A stretch of DNA of 64,000 nt from Podarcis gaigeae (taxonomy: Eukaryota), in the NCBI GenBank assembly GCA_964106915.2, contig OZ066920.1; one strand, 5' to 3'. A program made the translations under genes and the position numbers. A model generated the notes under the pieces. That model had not been told where the DNA came from and ran no database searches. It saw only the letters and a program-made list of their open reading frames with translations. Positions 13,591 to 26,725 of the stretch are shown in pieces (the first letter of the stretch is position 1; the number at the start of each line of letters is the position of its first letter).

Positions 13591-15224
13591 TGTTTTACAT
13601 AGTGTCAAGGAGTCTTGTCCTTGCTGCTCTCTTCTAGTCCGAGGCTCCACTCTGCTGCTTCCCAAACTAGCGTGTTTCCCCTGTGCATATTGCAATGTTT
13701 CTTAAAAGATATATCACCACAGTTAAGTGGTAAGTCTAAATGAAGACCTTCATGTAGACATTGAGTAAAGAATGCATTAGGCAATGGATGGTCAGAGCCA
13801 TGTAATGATTCTTGGATTTTAAGTAGCAACATACTCAGAAGGAAATAAGATATTGATTTACATTTTTAATAGGCACTTTTTTCCAGGTTGAACACACATC
13901 CTTAGAAAAACACATCTCAGACTGCTTAGCTGCAGCTGATGCTGCCTATGAATGGTCCTCTCATGTGGTTTCTGAGTAAGTGTATTCTTGGTAGTATATT
14001 TGTTCCAGTGGTAAATAAAATCTCAATTCAGCAACCAAGTGGTTTACCAATAGAATAAGTGTGGATATCCAACTTTAAAGTAAAACATTCTTGGTGTTAA
14101 AGCATAGCCACATTACAAACCTCGGAAGACTGAAAACCCCAATGATTTTTCCAATTGGAATTCCATCTTAATGTGAAACTCATGGAATATAAAATAGACT
14201 TGATTCTGTGACATCTGAGTCTGAGCGCTGGATGTGAGATGCTTGTGTTTCTGCAAACTAGTGTAAGTTCAAACATCATGAATCTACTCACATCTTCAGT
14301 ATATCTGTGATTTGTTAACTGTGAATATTAGGTGGAGTTGTGCACATTTTGCGAAGCATAACATATTAAATGGAACCATGCAGTGGAAAAATAGAATGGC
14401 ACTTTGATATCCCATTTTGTTCCACCTAGCATTGCAGGCCAACATTCCTCTTCTCTTTCTGTTTATTTCCCATGGAGAAGTACAAGAGGGAGAGCTGAAG
14501 GAACTGGACTTAGAAGCAACTTGAAGTATGTGCATCTGCAAAAGGGGGCCGGTATATTATATTATGGAGGATCGCACTAGCAAATATAGAATAGCTCAGC
14601 TGTGAGGACAGTAGAAATAGAAGTGGACAAAAACTTATAAAAAGAGGCCAAAGGCCAGGGATGTGTGGCTCTGTGTGTATCGCGAATGATGGGGCCTATA
14701 GATGTTTCAGGGTGGTCTTTGAAGTAAACAAAGTGCACCATTAACAGGACATGTCAAGGTAGATCAGGGAGGGTCCAGCCTTCCAAGTAGCTCCGCCTCC
14801 TTGGTTTTTCCATAAAACTAAAAGCACTTCCTCTCCCTGCCCTTTTCTTTTCTGAGAAACTAAACCATTATGACTGGCAAAACAACCAGAGACAGAAGGA
14901 GGTGTGAAGTAGAAAGGAGTTTGGGAGAGGCGAGATCTTTCTATTTTCCTACTCCAAAGGTTTTGAGATAATTTGTGGGAGAACAACAGTGCCTACCTTT
15001 CTTAAATTTGTCAGGCTTCACTCCCTTAGAAGGGACGGTCGCCCCTGTCATTTGCATCCAGTTTTGGCAGAAAGAAAAAAGAAGCTCAAGACATTTTCTT
15101 TTTAAAACCAGATAAACTTTAAAAATTCCTTACATGAAAAAAAAAACCCAGGACAGTTCTGCCTTAAATTTGGTAGGTTGAAGTCCACTCTGGAGGGACT
15201 CCTTTGCCTGCAAATTTCATACAC

Positions 15225-15500
15225 ATGTGAAACAAGAAAGCCCACAAACAGGACCAAAGCACAGCACTCTCCACTCCTGCAATTTCCAGCAACTGCTATT
15301 CAGAAGCATACAGCCTCCAACCATGAAGGCAGAGCGTAGTCATCATGACTGGTAGTCACTGATAACTGTTACCTCCATGAATTTGTCCAATCCCATTTTA
15401 AATGCAAAAATAAATTTATTTTTTGAAAAGAAAAAGCCATCTACATTGGTGGCAATCACTGCCTCCTGTGAGACAAATTCCGTAGTTTAACTGTGTGAAT
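15225..15500 (-). mobile_element. CR1 LINE 3' fragment
   Basis: Collinear similarity to 54650-54845 (cagcaactgctattcagaagcat...catgaatttgtccaatccc...aagccatc...ttggtggc). Confidence 0.7.
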
Positions 15501-17564
15501 AAGTACAGCAGGGTTGAGGTGCATTCTCTAATAGGAACCTGCATGCCAGCACCTGCTTGCTTCAATAGTGGCTTGTTGGGCAGCCAGAGACAAGGAAGAT
15601 GGGCTAGCATTCCAACACAAGGTTGGGCTGAGAACAGTTCCTGCCAATTTAGTTAGCTGTAAAAGCCAGGCAGCTATTTTAATCAAGAGAACAATCCATG
15701 AGGTTTCTGCAGGTTTGATATATTAATTACCAATGAGCCCCAAGACTAGCCATAAATCCTCTTTGCAACTGAATCGTACATTTAGATGGTACTAATGGCA
15801 AAGCAAGTGTGTGTGTGTGTGTGTTGGCAATTCAAGCCACTGAAGCAAAGATTCCAAATGTCCAATCTTCCCAATTAAAAGCATTAGTTTATGTTTTCAC
15901 TGCACCAATTTTAAGAACCTATGGCTGCTCAGAACAAACTCTTGCACTATACTATCTAACCAGAAAGGAGCCACTTCATACAGTGCTCACTCCAGGACAT
16001 CTGGAGATATTTGGTTGGAAGCCTGCGTTTATGCTTACATGCGCTCTACAAAAATGTGCCTGCTCCATGGACATCTTTTCTCTGAGACGGATCCATTTCT
16101 TATAGTTCTGAATACAAAGAGGCAAATTTGAATGCATGTGTATGATTCCCAAGAAAGTAACATGAGAAGAAGCCCTCATACGAACTTAAAAAAGGAAAGT
16201 AAATGGTGTGTCAGAAAGCAAACCTTTTAACATAAATATAATATCAGTGTGCTTATTTAGAGATGGCAAGAAGGTGGACTTCACATGCCAGAGTGCAAAG
16301 CCAGCAAAAGGCAGCTGCAGCTGCTGTTCATTGGTGAAGACACATGTTATGTAAAATTGCAGATGTGGTTTACCCTTTGCAATGTAAGCAGGATAGGATT
16401 CAGAACAAAAGAAACCCAACATTGCATGTGTGAATTAGAAAAAAGGGGATGAAAAGATAGTTTGAGTACCTTCTGTAACAAATCTACATATTTTACCTAG
16501 GAGTAACCCCGGTTTCACCACATCTGGAGTTACCTCCAGGTAAACATGTATAGGGGTTGCACTGTAAAACCACCATTCCTCCTTCTCTAACACCAACAAA
16601 TTATGTAGTTGTCTGAAATCAGGCCTTGATAATCTAATGGAAAATTAACACGTAACTACAAATTTGAACACCATATCTGTATGCATATTTATGCAATGAA
16701 GCATTTGATAATAAGAGGCAACCCCCACTTAGCACAGGGGTTGCATTCTGGGTGAACACGCATGACAGCAGTGGAGTGCGCACAAGCCCACTGCGCCCCA
16801 TTAAGCCCCGTTCTATCCCCCTTTCCAGGCACTTCCAGGTCACCACAATGCGCATGGTCACAAGCATGGGTCAATTGGACATGCCTAAATTGGCCTGTAT
16901 ATAATATTTTCCTGAATATTATTTCCCCAAAACATGACAACAATAGAAATTCACTCAGTCAACAAACCTCTGTCAAACTGTGGAAGAGCCAGAAGCAATT
17001 GTTAAGAAAGAACACAGAAACACAATATCCTGTTCACTGTTGTTTTACACTTAATGCATTGTCTGTATTTTTGGTTTGTTGTGAACATGTTTACACAGAG
17101 CTATAGCAGTCAGAATTAACAATTTAGTGAAACACAGAGATAAATGTCCTATTGGGTGCAGGTGGGTTAGAGGCAAGCCTTTTGTTTATAATACTATGAT
17201 TCATCCCGTTCAAAGACACTAAAACCACAAACTCCTGTGTGCAACATTTTAGCATCCTGTATATAATCCCTACAGGAAGAATGGCGACATAGTTTACAAA
17301 ACCTTTTCTTATTCATCCCTTCTAAACTTCCTGAGTTCTACTTTATTAAAGATTATCAACTTCAAATGAACTCTTTTAAGTGACCCTAGACGCATTATTC
17401 CCTCAAAATGTAAAAGGATGAGGCAAATAACGTTGTTCTCTGACATTTCATAGGGACACTCCTGTGTATAATGACTCTGGAGACTGGAGTGAGTCATGGC
17501 CTAATGGACAATGGTAGGTCAGAGTTACATCATCAAAAAAGAGATGTCCTCAATAGACTGTGTT

Positions 17565-17998
17565 CAGGGCCGTCTTAAGCATATCCGGCGCCATGATGCA
17601 AAGATCCCCGCGGTGCCCCCACCATTCCCAGAGTTGACCTTTTTTTTAGGGCTGGAGGAGGCGGGCAGTGGCTGGAGATGGCTCCTCTGGCGGGGAAGAG
17701 GCGGAGGCTGGACGTGGCGCCTACTGGCTCAGCTGGCCGCTTCGTGCCGCAGTGGCCATGGCAGGCAGCACACCGAGTTGGCTCAGTTTTCCCCCTTTTA
17801 GCCTTCTGGCGCTCCGCAGAATTTGGCGCCCGCAGGCTAAAAGGGAAAAAACCAAGCCGATGCTTGGCGAGAGCGGCGCACACACCCTCGCTCACTCAGC
17901 GCATGTGTTTGGTATTCCCTGGACTCTCGCCTGGCGCCCTCCAGAACTTGGCGCTCCGGCGCCCCACGTCACTAGCCTCAGTGGGTAAGATGGGCCTG
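17565..17998. mobile_element. GC/CpG-rich non-autonomous hAT element with perfect 8-bp TSD
   Basis: TIRs cagggccgtctta / taagatgggcctg. TSD actgtgtt at 17557-17564 and 17999-18006. Repeated ggcgcc subterminal motifs. Confidence 0.9.
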
Positions 17999-18104
17999 AC
18001 TGTGTTCATCTGATATGTGATGGGAAGGAATTCCAGAAGCACAAGAAGAGGTGGGGGATTTTCTCAGGACTCTTGAAGGATAAGAAAGAAATAACCATTG
18101 GCAA

Positions 18105-18550
18105 TTAGTGATGAGGGAGAAATGTGATTCAGCACACTTTTAAAGACGAACTTTCCTCATTCATTCACAATTTCCAAAACAACAGTTGAACTGAAACACA
18201 GGCATCCTAAAAAATTCTCTGAATTTTACAATGCAGTTCTCCATGCATATACAGTGGTACCTCAGGTTAAGTACTTAATTTGATCCGGAAGTCCGTTCTT
18301 AACCTGAAACTGTTCTTAACCTGAAGCAAAGTTCTTAACCTGAAGCACTATTTCTGGGTTAGCGGAGTATGTAACCTGAAGTGTATGTAACCTGAAGCGT
18401 ATGTAACCCGAGGTTCCACTATACTGGAGTAAATTTTTCAAAAGGACTTTTCAAGGGGGGAAAAATCACAAAATGATGTGAAAATTGAATTTAAGACTGG
18501 GAAAATGAGAACTAGAGACAACCTGAAATTAACAGATTTGCCCATTCCTT
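18105..18550. mobile_element. Old interspersed repeat (probable DNA element) hosting a Tigger-type MITE
   Basis: Its right part (18465-18550) is the reverse complement of 26782-26880 (acctgaaattaacagatttgccc vs gacaaatctgtcaatttcaggt). Confidence 0.55.
18252..18421. mobile_element. Tc1-mariner/Tigger-type MITE (internally deleted)
   Basis: TIR cagtggtacctc.ggtta, TA flanks and internal taacctgaa repeats. Same family as 49477 and 50877, in the opposite orientation. Confidence 0.9.
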
Positions 18551-20164
18551 TGATAGCCCTAGATTCTGAGGCCACCAAGCTGGTATGCAGAGCAACTTTA
18601 TGTTGCAGGAAGGAACTATCTACGTTTCCTGCAGTATTTTTAAATATGGTTCCATAGACAACTGCACTTAAACTGTGTTACCTTTTTGTGTGTGCTTATG
18701 ACAGCTATTTGTGTGGTATTTTGTTCCCACTTAGTGCTGGAGACATGCCAGAATTACTGACTTCATTGGTGTGGCATTCAGGAAATGGGAAATGGGAATA
18801 ATGCAACATAACAAGTGCCGATAAAAAGCTGTTTTCTGTCAGCAATTTCTTATTGCATTAATAAATGAATATGTGATATTAAAGCATTATGCAGAATTTC
18901 AGTGTGCTATTGTTTTAATCTTTCCTCACCAAGAAACACACAAAGAAGCCACACATTTTGAGTTGGTTTCAACTAACTTTTACTCAGAGAGGACCCACTG
19001 AAATGAATGATCATGACTAACTTAAGTCCATTAATTTTAAGGTATCTATTCTGAGTAAACATTGAATGTTTTATTCTGTGAACCACCCTGAGACCTGCAG
19101 GTATATGGTGGTATATAAATTCAAGAAAAAAAAATAATAATAATATAACCCTGTTTCTAACTAATAAGGCAGCTTTGTAAGACCATACAGAAACAATACA
19201 CATTTGCCACTTTGAACAAATTGATTTCTAGTATGGGAAAACATAGAGCAGTCCAAGTGAATAGGGTTAGGAACAATTCCCTTTGCAGGTGGTTTTTTTC
19301 AGACAGGAATGAATGGTACAAATGGACTCATCAGACTCAGTGGCAGCTACCTGAATTTACTGCATGCAAGTGGTATTCCTTTAAAAATCATTGCATGTGC
19401 AGCCCTCAGATTTCATCATGCAACTTTGTCTCTAAGAAATAGAAATTCTGCATTATGATCATAATTAGTATGTCCTAGCTGGGAGGAAAATACTATTTGT
19501 AAAAACCTAAAGAACAAATTTCTAATTAATTGTCATCAGCACAGAGCAGCTTCCTATATTACAGTCTCACTAACTTTAATCTGTGTTGAAAAAGTTGGTA
19601 TCAACAGTGGAATCCCTTTTAAATGCTAATGATCACGAGTTCCTCTATGACACAAACACAAATATCAGTCAGATGAGTAGTTTGCTATAGCTTAAGATGC
19701 TTGGCTTGCAACATTTGGATAAACAGAAGAAAAGCCTTTCTTTTACTGAGTCCGCAATTTTCTATAGATCAAAGCTCATTTGCCCTTTAATAAGGTCCAG
19801 TCGAGGAATTAAAGGAAGGCTCAGACTTTATGTGTCAGACTTCCAGAACACAATTAGGAATGAAACAAAAGGAGCTTATATGGCTGCCTTTAGGCTAGAA
19901 TGTTCTGTTTTACAAGCCAAGATGAAACACATGTCCGATGGTAAAACCCAGCCTTTCGATCAGGATAATCACGAAAAAATGTAAGAGAACCTGACAGAAC
20001 AAAGTGTTTAATAGTCATGGCTGCAGAAAATGACTAAACATTGATTTTAAATTACAGGAGACCTGACATTTTAACAAGAAAGAAATTAAATTGCCTTCAC
20101 CTCATAGTTGTAAAGAGTTTCCACACTGTAAAGCCACAAATTGTACTAGCCTATGGAAGACTAA

Positions 20165-20536
20165 GGGGACGAAGGTGGCGCTGTGGGTTAAACCACAGAG
20201 CCTAGGGCTTGCCAATCAGAAGGTCAGCGGTTCAAATCCCCGTGATGGGGTGAGCTCCCGTTGTTCAATCCCAGCTCCTGCCAACCTAGCAGTTCAAAAG
20301 TACGTCAAAGTGCAAGTAGATAAATAGGTACCGCTCCAGCAGGAAGGTAAACGGCATTTCCGTGCACTGCTCTGGTTTCAGTATTCCATTGTGCCAGAAG
20401 CGGCTTAGTCATGCTGGCCACATGACCCGGAAAAACTGTCTGTGGACAAAGTTGGCTCCCTTGGCCAGTAAAGTGAGATGAGCGCCGCAACCCCAGAGTC
20501 ATCCGCGACTGGACCTAATGGTCCAGTCTTTACTTT
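20165..20536 (+). mobile_element. Sauria SINE (Squam1), full length
   Basis: tRNA-derived head (A box tggcgctgtgggtt, B box ggttcaaatcc), conserved body and tttacttt tail. Degenerate TSD tatggaagacta / tatggaataata. Confidence 0.95.
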
Positions 20537-22074
20537 TATGGAATAATAGGGTGGAAATAGACCTTGCTAACATTTCAGAGAATTTGTATATTCCAGCTGT
20601 GTCTTAGCCGCAGAAGAGCAGCATATATTGTTTATGGTTAACATTCATAGCATTAACAACACATTTAATTTGAATTCTCAGTTTGCTCAGGTATTAAATA
20701 CTTTTTTTTTTACTCTGTCCTTTGTGTTATCTCTGTATTACTGAATTGTGCTTTGGAAACGCAAATATAAATTACTTACAAGTTACAGAGGCTGAAGTTA
20801 TGAAAACCTGCCCTATTGTGCATTCCATATGATATTGTGATAATATGCTCATGCAGTTTTTCAGGTTACTTTTCAGGTTTTCCCCATCTTCTTACACTTC
20901 TTGCATCTTCTATCTCCACACATACTGTGGATAGATAGATCTCCACTGCCAAGACCATGTGCACACTATATTTAAAACACACATATCCCAACAATCCTGA
21001 GAGGTGCAGTTTATTAAGGCTTCTGTATGTTCCCAGAATTCTTTGGGTGGCATGCAAATGTGCTTTAAATGTAGGTTGGCAGCAGCAGTCATAGATAGGC
21101 AAATATTTCAAAGTCGTTTCATTCTTTCACAAAGTTCTGTTTCCAAGTATGCTTCAATGTTTAAAATTAACCCTGTCTTATTTAAAACTATGCTGCAAAA
21201 GTCAATAAATTGATCATTTTAAACCAAGCCCCAACCAAATATCCAGTAAGCCTTTTCTTTGCATCTATTAAAATGCTATTAAAATATACTGCCAACTAAA
21301 ATTTATATTAGGCAGAGTTTCTCTGTAACATTTTGAAAATGTTTTTCCTATATATCTGAGACTTTTCTGAACCCATATTAATTTACTTACTACTTTAAAT
21401 CACTTTAGCCCACACTTTGAGATGATTGGAAATATTTATTAGTATTTTAAGGTTAAGGTGCTTAGTTACATCATTGCAGAGTCAGATTTATAACAGCCAA
21501 TGAAGTCATCCTTACTGATTCTCATAACTTTTTTCTTCACTTAATGTGCTAATATCCCATTATTTCTGTTTTCCAATTACACATATAGCTTATGGACCAG
21601 TAACCTTTATCTGAAGTACCATATATTTAATTTATAATAACCACAAAAAATGTTCTGTAATGATCTTGTGATTAATAGGGCAGAATTTAAGATGTATAGA
21701 CATGAAATGTATTTCAGCTGTAGCAGGCTAAGAAACAGCATTAAAAGGGCCAACATTTTGCTAATTGCTCCATAATATTTTTGTAGATGATAACACTAAA
21801 TCCAGTGTCTGGCTTCCAATTTCATACTAAATGTCATTTTGTAAAAATGCAGTATCTGTAGCAACATCATATTGTTGCAGGATGGTTTTTCTAATGCATA
21901 TAACTTTGCATTCTCTGGCTATTCTCACAATATGTTATTATTTAAAGGTATCTGTAAAGTACAGAGGAACCGTGTGAAGTGTGGAATACATTCATTTTGT
22001 CTACTGAGTATATGTATGACAACCATATATGTGTATCAACATTTATGAATGGGACTACAGTTAAGCTTTTTTTC

Positions 22075-22200
22075 CAGAGGGATGGTCATGCCAGTCTGTT
22101 GTATCTAAACCAACAAAGAGCCCTATGGCACCTTGAAGATTAACAAATGTATTATGGCACAAGCTTCTGTGAACCATAGTCCATTACATCAGATGCATGC
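22075..22200 (-). mobile_element. Penelope-like pseudo-LTR fragment with decayed hammerhead
   Basis: The reverse complement reads gcatctgatgtaatggactatggttcacagaagcttgtgcca...ttgttaatcttcaaggtgcca..., collinear with 36467-36590. Confidence 0.7.
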
Positions 22201-22375
22201 AGTGGTATCCTAAGTCACAAATAGAATCCTAGAGCAGGTTGGGAAATTAGAATCCAGGTCTCCCCATCAGATATCCATGTATCATCTGGCTCGAGCTCCC
22301 AACCTTGTGGATTACGGTACATCAAAGGGCTAGTTGCAGCACAGCACCTGACTTTCTTATATTATCCAACTCAAC

Positions 22376-22511
22376 CAGGCATAGGCAAACTCAGCCCTCC
22401 AAATGTTTTGGGACTACAATTCCCATCATTCCTGACCACTGGTCCTGTTAACTAGAGATGATGGGAGTCGTAGTCCCAAAACATCTGGAGGACCGACTTT
22501 GCCTATGCCTG
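22376..22511. mobile_element. Palindromic hAT MITE with perfect 8-bp TSD
   Basis: TIR caggcataggcaaa / tttgcctatgcctg. The arms pair over ~55 bp. TSD aactcaac at 22368-22375 and 22512-22519. Confidence 0.95.
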
Positions 22512-23513
22512 AACTCAACAGTCAACCAATTGCCCCTGTTAGTCTTCTAGCATATCCCCTGGGTCAGAATATTCAGTGGGTGGGCCATGGAATGCTTCTT
22601 CTGTTTATGCTGTGAAAGATCCGCTTCTAAGCTCCATCCAACTCATTCATAATTCAGGGGACAGGTGCAGAAGTGATTGTGGGCTCCAACAAATTAAAAC
22701 ACAAATATGAGCCTCCTGTAAGTTTCTTCACTTCCAGAACTGTTGCAGTAAACCTTATAGAATCAAATCTCAACTTTCCTACAGCAATACAGGAGCAACC
22801 TCTTGCTGCTCTAGTCTTTGCAGTGTTTTAATTGAGAGGTAGAATTGAAATCTTGGACTAAGTAAGCACAGTTGAAGAATAAGTGACATATCCACATTGG
22901 AACAGGAAGTGTTTAGAAATTTCAGGATCTCATTAGCATCAGAATCTCATCAAGCATTAACTATCTATTTAAGGCAGTGTACAGTCATAGCAACGGGGCT
23001 GGTCTGTGTGAATCTGTGATTTGGGTCTCCTGCACAACACAGATATTTATCAGGCAGGCGCTTTCCGCCCATAGATCATTCTAGAGTTAATAGAATCTGA
23101 AGGGTTCCCTCCCAATCCCACACACTGTGTTCTCTCTTTAGTGGATTTTAAAAGACCAAAAGCAAAAGATTATTTATCCTACTCCTTAATTGCATTTATT
23201 ATACAAATCGCAAGGGATGCCTTAAAGTGAATAGATAATTCATGGCTTAATATCCTGAAAACATAAAAGGGAAAGGATTCAGCCTTAATAATGGGGAGAA
23301 TGCAGGCAAAAGTGAATGTGCCTGCACATAGCCTCATTACTGAGTGAGAAGCAGAGGCTAATTAGCAACTAATAGCAATTAGCCATACAACCAATGTTTT
23401 AGCCCCCTTCAGAGATATCGCTGAATCATTATGTTGTGTGAGCAGGGACCATGTGAACTAGCCCCACCCCCACCATCACACAAACTGGCTTGCTCCACCC
23501 CTGACAAAAATGT

Positions 23514-24409
23514 CACACCCTCCAACATTCCTCAGATGAAAATAGGGACATTTTCTGACCCTCCATTCCCCTCCCCCAGCATTTCCTAACAGAAGGAAGG
23601 TGAATTCCTCCACCGCTTCACCAATAGGACACTGCACACACCCTCTCCATCCACCATCCTGAAAAAATCCTGATTTGATTTTATTCTATTCTTTCGTAGA
23701 TTTACAAAAAGCACACACCGATAAATAGATATTAGAAAGGAGCAAGAGTAGATGTTGACACACAAAGTATTTTTTTTAAAAAAATTAAAAACAGCGAAGT
23801 TCCTTGTGATTCCCTCTGCTATCCCTTTCTTCCTGCCCAGAGCAGCTCTGCCCTCTGCCTACTCCTTTAAGTTGGTATGTCATGCAGAAGAAGAAGAAGA
23901 GGAGGAGTTTGGATTTGATATCCCACTTTATCAATACCCTAAGGAGTCTCAAAGCGGTTAACATTCTCCTTTCCTTTCTTCCCCCACAATAAGCACTCTG
24001 TGAGGTGAGTGAGGCTGAGAGACTTCAGAAGAAAAGTGTGACTAGCCCAAGGTCACCCAGCAGCTGCATGTGGAGGAGCAGGGAAGCGAACCTGGTTCAC
24101 CAGATTACGAAGACTACCGCTCTTAACCACTACACCACACTGGCAGGGCTGCGTCGCAGTGGTGGCAGCATCTCCTCCTCCTCACTTACTCTCTACAAGC
24201 TGCCCAAGGGAGGAGGCCAGAAGCAGCGGCCATGGAGAGGCAACAGGATCCTCCCTCACCACCCCTGCACCGCACCTGCTCATCCTCCTCCCTCAGCTTG
24301 GCAGCACTGGCAGAGGAAATAGGGACACTCTGGGATCAAATCAGAAGCCGGGGTGGCTTTTTGTAAATCTGGGACTGTCCCTAGAAAAGTGGGACACTTG
24401 GAGGGTATG
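23514..24409. mobile_element. Non-autonomous DNA element (hAT-like) with a nested Squam3 SINE
   Basis: TIRs cacaccctccaa / ttggagggtatg, with repeated gggaca subterminal motifs at both ends. Confidence 0.65.
23887..24144 (-). mobile_element. Squam3-type tRNA-derived SINE with (CTT)n tail
   Basis: The minus strand starts gccagtgtggtgtagtggttaagagc (A box), has B box ggttcgcttcc and a gtgaccttgggctagtcac core, and ends ctcctcctcttcttcttcttc. Confidence 0.88.
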
Positions 24410-24619
24410 TAATGTTCACAACAGTTATATGGTAGATGCAAGTGCTGGAGGTGGGGCAAGCCAGAGCATGTGATGTTGGAAAGGGGGCTAGAGATTATTG
24501 TCCCTGTAATTCATTAGTAAGATTTCTGAAGAGGACTTTAGATGCCAGCCAACATCATAGAATAGATTGGAACCTAGCTGCATGAGATCTTATCCTAGAT
24601 TTTGTTCAGCACTTCAATG

Positions 24620-25320
24620 ATCAACCAGGTATTTGGGGGAAGAGCACCGCTGGGGTGGCACCACAATCACCCAGGACTATTGCCCAATCATTTTGAAGGG
24701 TGATTGTATAAAAGCACCAGTGCGACATGTGCCAAACACCTGCTTCGCGCTGCTGAACACCTTGTAATTTAAGTGTCCTTTGGCCTTGCTTTGGACTTTG
24801 GTTGGTTGCCTTTGGTTGGTTGGTTGCCTTTGGTTGGTTGGTTGAGTCGGGGACCGGGTAGGAATTTTTTCCATTTGGCAAATTGGCACATTTTGCCTAC
24901 CTCTTGGCAGTTGTCACAACTTTGTAAGGTTTGGCAGTTTGGCATTGGCTTATTGTTCAATGGGGGAGGGGGTCGGCCATTGTCTGCCCCTCCATTTCAA
25001 GGGTATTTCATTAAAGGAATCCGGGGCCTGGATCCTGTCTGAAGTCTGCTTGAGGGGCTAGGGCCATGCTTGGCCTCTGGGGACACTGGGGGAGATGCAG
25101 GCGGGTTCCCCTGAAGCAGCTTCCCTTTGTGTGGTTTACCCTTACAGACTTCCTGCAAAGTGGGCAGGAGTCAGATATAGTCTTGCCAATACCGCTCTCA
25201 TTCCTGTAATCAATAAAGTTGTGGCCAAAATTTTGCCCCAGAACCTTAAACAAAATATCCATCTCTATGTGAATTTCTTTATTCTATTGGGGGGTCGGCT
25301 TGAGGGTCTTGCCACGCAAT
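24620..25320 (+). mobile_element. Probable DIRS/Ngaro-type (tyrosine recombinase retrotransposon) terminal repeat
   Basis: GC-elevated block with no TSD, tataaaa at ~24707, and 'caataaagttgtggcc' at 25211, a motif I recall from vertebrate DIRS/Ngaro repeats. Internal 18-bp tandem (tttggttggttggttgcc) at 24797-24844. Confidence 0.45.
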
Positions 25321-26569
25321 ATCACATGCTGAATTCTGCTCAAGAGCTGCTGTTATTTACATAGAGGTATGGAGGGTCAGTAGAGGCTGGAAAGTAATAA
25401 GGAGATGCTGTATTTTATTAGGAGCCTGCTCAGTCCCTGAAGAAACCCCAGTCCCTTTTTATTTTATATATGCACAGCCCTTTTCAGAATAGCTCAGTCC
25501 CTTAGCCTATCATACACCTTTCACAGTACCATGGCTCCTTGGTATAGTTATACAAACTGCCAACCATATAGAACAAAAAGAAAATATCCCCAAGTATTAC
25601 TGCAGTCTTTCTCAGAGAAAGGCAGGGAGAATAGCAAAGGTCAAGGATGGGTTGGGAAAAATATGACATGGTATGATCAGACTACTGCGGGAAAATGTTG
25701 TGCAATGTTTTTGGAGTCATGTTTGCATTACTTTCGGACGTTCCACTGGTTTTCTTTAGTCACTTTATTTTCAATGCTGATGAAGTCTTCCCAGAAGTGA
25801 CAGTAGTTGGGTGGGTTTTTTTACCCTTCAAATGTATCCGGTTATAACCATTCTTGCCAGTGACCACACTTTCCATTTTGTTTTGCAGGAAAATGAGATT
25901 TACGATTAAATTTGGTTTTTCCAAATGCTCATTGTCTGACAGAATGTAAACTGAACAAAATGTGTACTTAAAAGAAGGTGGAAGGAAGAACATTTTGACG
26001 TATTTTTCACTGAAGACCACAGTTTGTTTAGAAGCCCAGTCACATTTCTCCTTTTGGTTGACATTTTTATTTGGATTTATAGTCTGTCTTAATGAAAAAG
26101 ATTAGCTTGGGTTAACAAAAACTTCCTCCGACCATTTCTGCTCAGAACAACATTGTGAAGTAGTTTGTGGTTATTTCATTGTGAGACATACCGGTAACAA
26201 CCTGGTTTTCACAATCAAATCTTAGCCTAAGCACAATCTCTCTGCATCAGCACATGTCCTGTTGCATCAGCAGGCTAAAGACCATAAAGTAGAAGGAGAT
26301 GGTGGAAGAAACCTGTGAACATCAAAATGAGGGTGTAGAATAATAATTCTAAAGTTTTTGTGCAGTGTCATAAAACTTGACTATGATTCCTGTCAGATCA
26401 TTGCAGTTCTTCATAAGAATTTGGCTAGTTTGGAAAATCTAAGATTTGTGGCCAGTAGTTTAAAATGGAACAATGAGCATTTTGATTAAATTACTTGGAT
26501 ACAGGACTCTTACCTCTTTGGTTTCTAAGTTTGCTTTCTAATCTAAGTGTTAAGACAGCTCACTATGCG

Positions 26570-26725
26570 CTATTCTGCTAAACCAATAGAAGGGCAGAAC
26601 CAGTTATAGTTACTGTGGAACAGCAGTGCCTCAATGTCCTCTTTTTAGGCTTCTGGCTGACCACAATAGGAAACAGGATGGCGAGGATAGACCTTTAGTC
26701 TGATTTAGCAGGCTATTCACAGTAG
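26570..26725 (+). mobile_element. CR1 3' end, degenerate
   Basis: 'ctggctgaccacaataggaaacaggatggcgaggatagacctttagtctgatttagcaggct' is the reverse complement of the CR1 end at 54575-54650. Confidence 0.65.

Noticed and set aside
17511-18013. CpG island / first exon of a host gene
   Set aside because: Bounded exactly by TIRs and an 8-bp TSD. The ORFs are low-complexity and unrecognisable.
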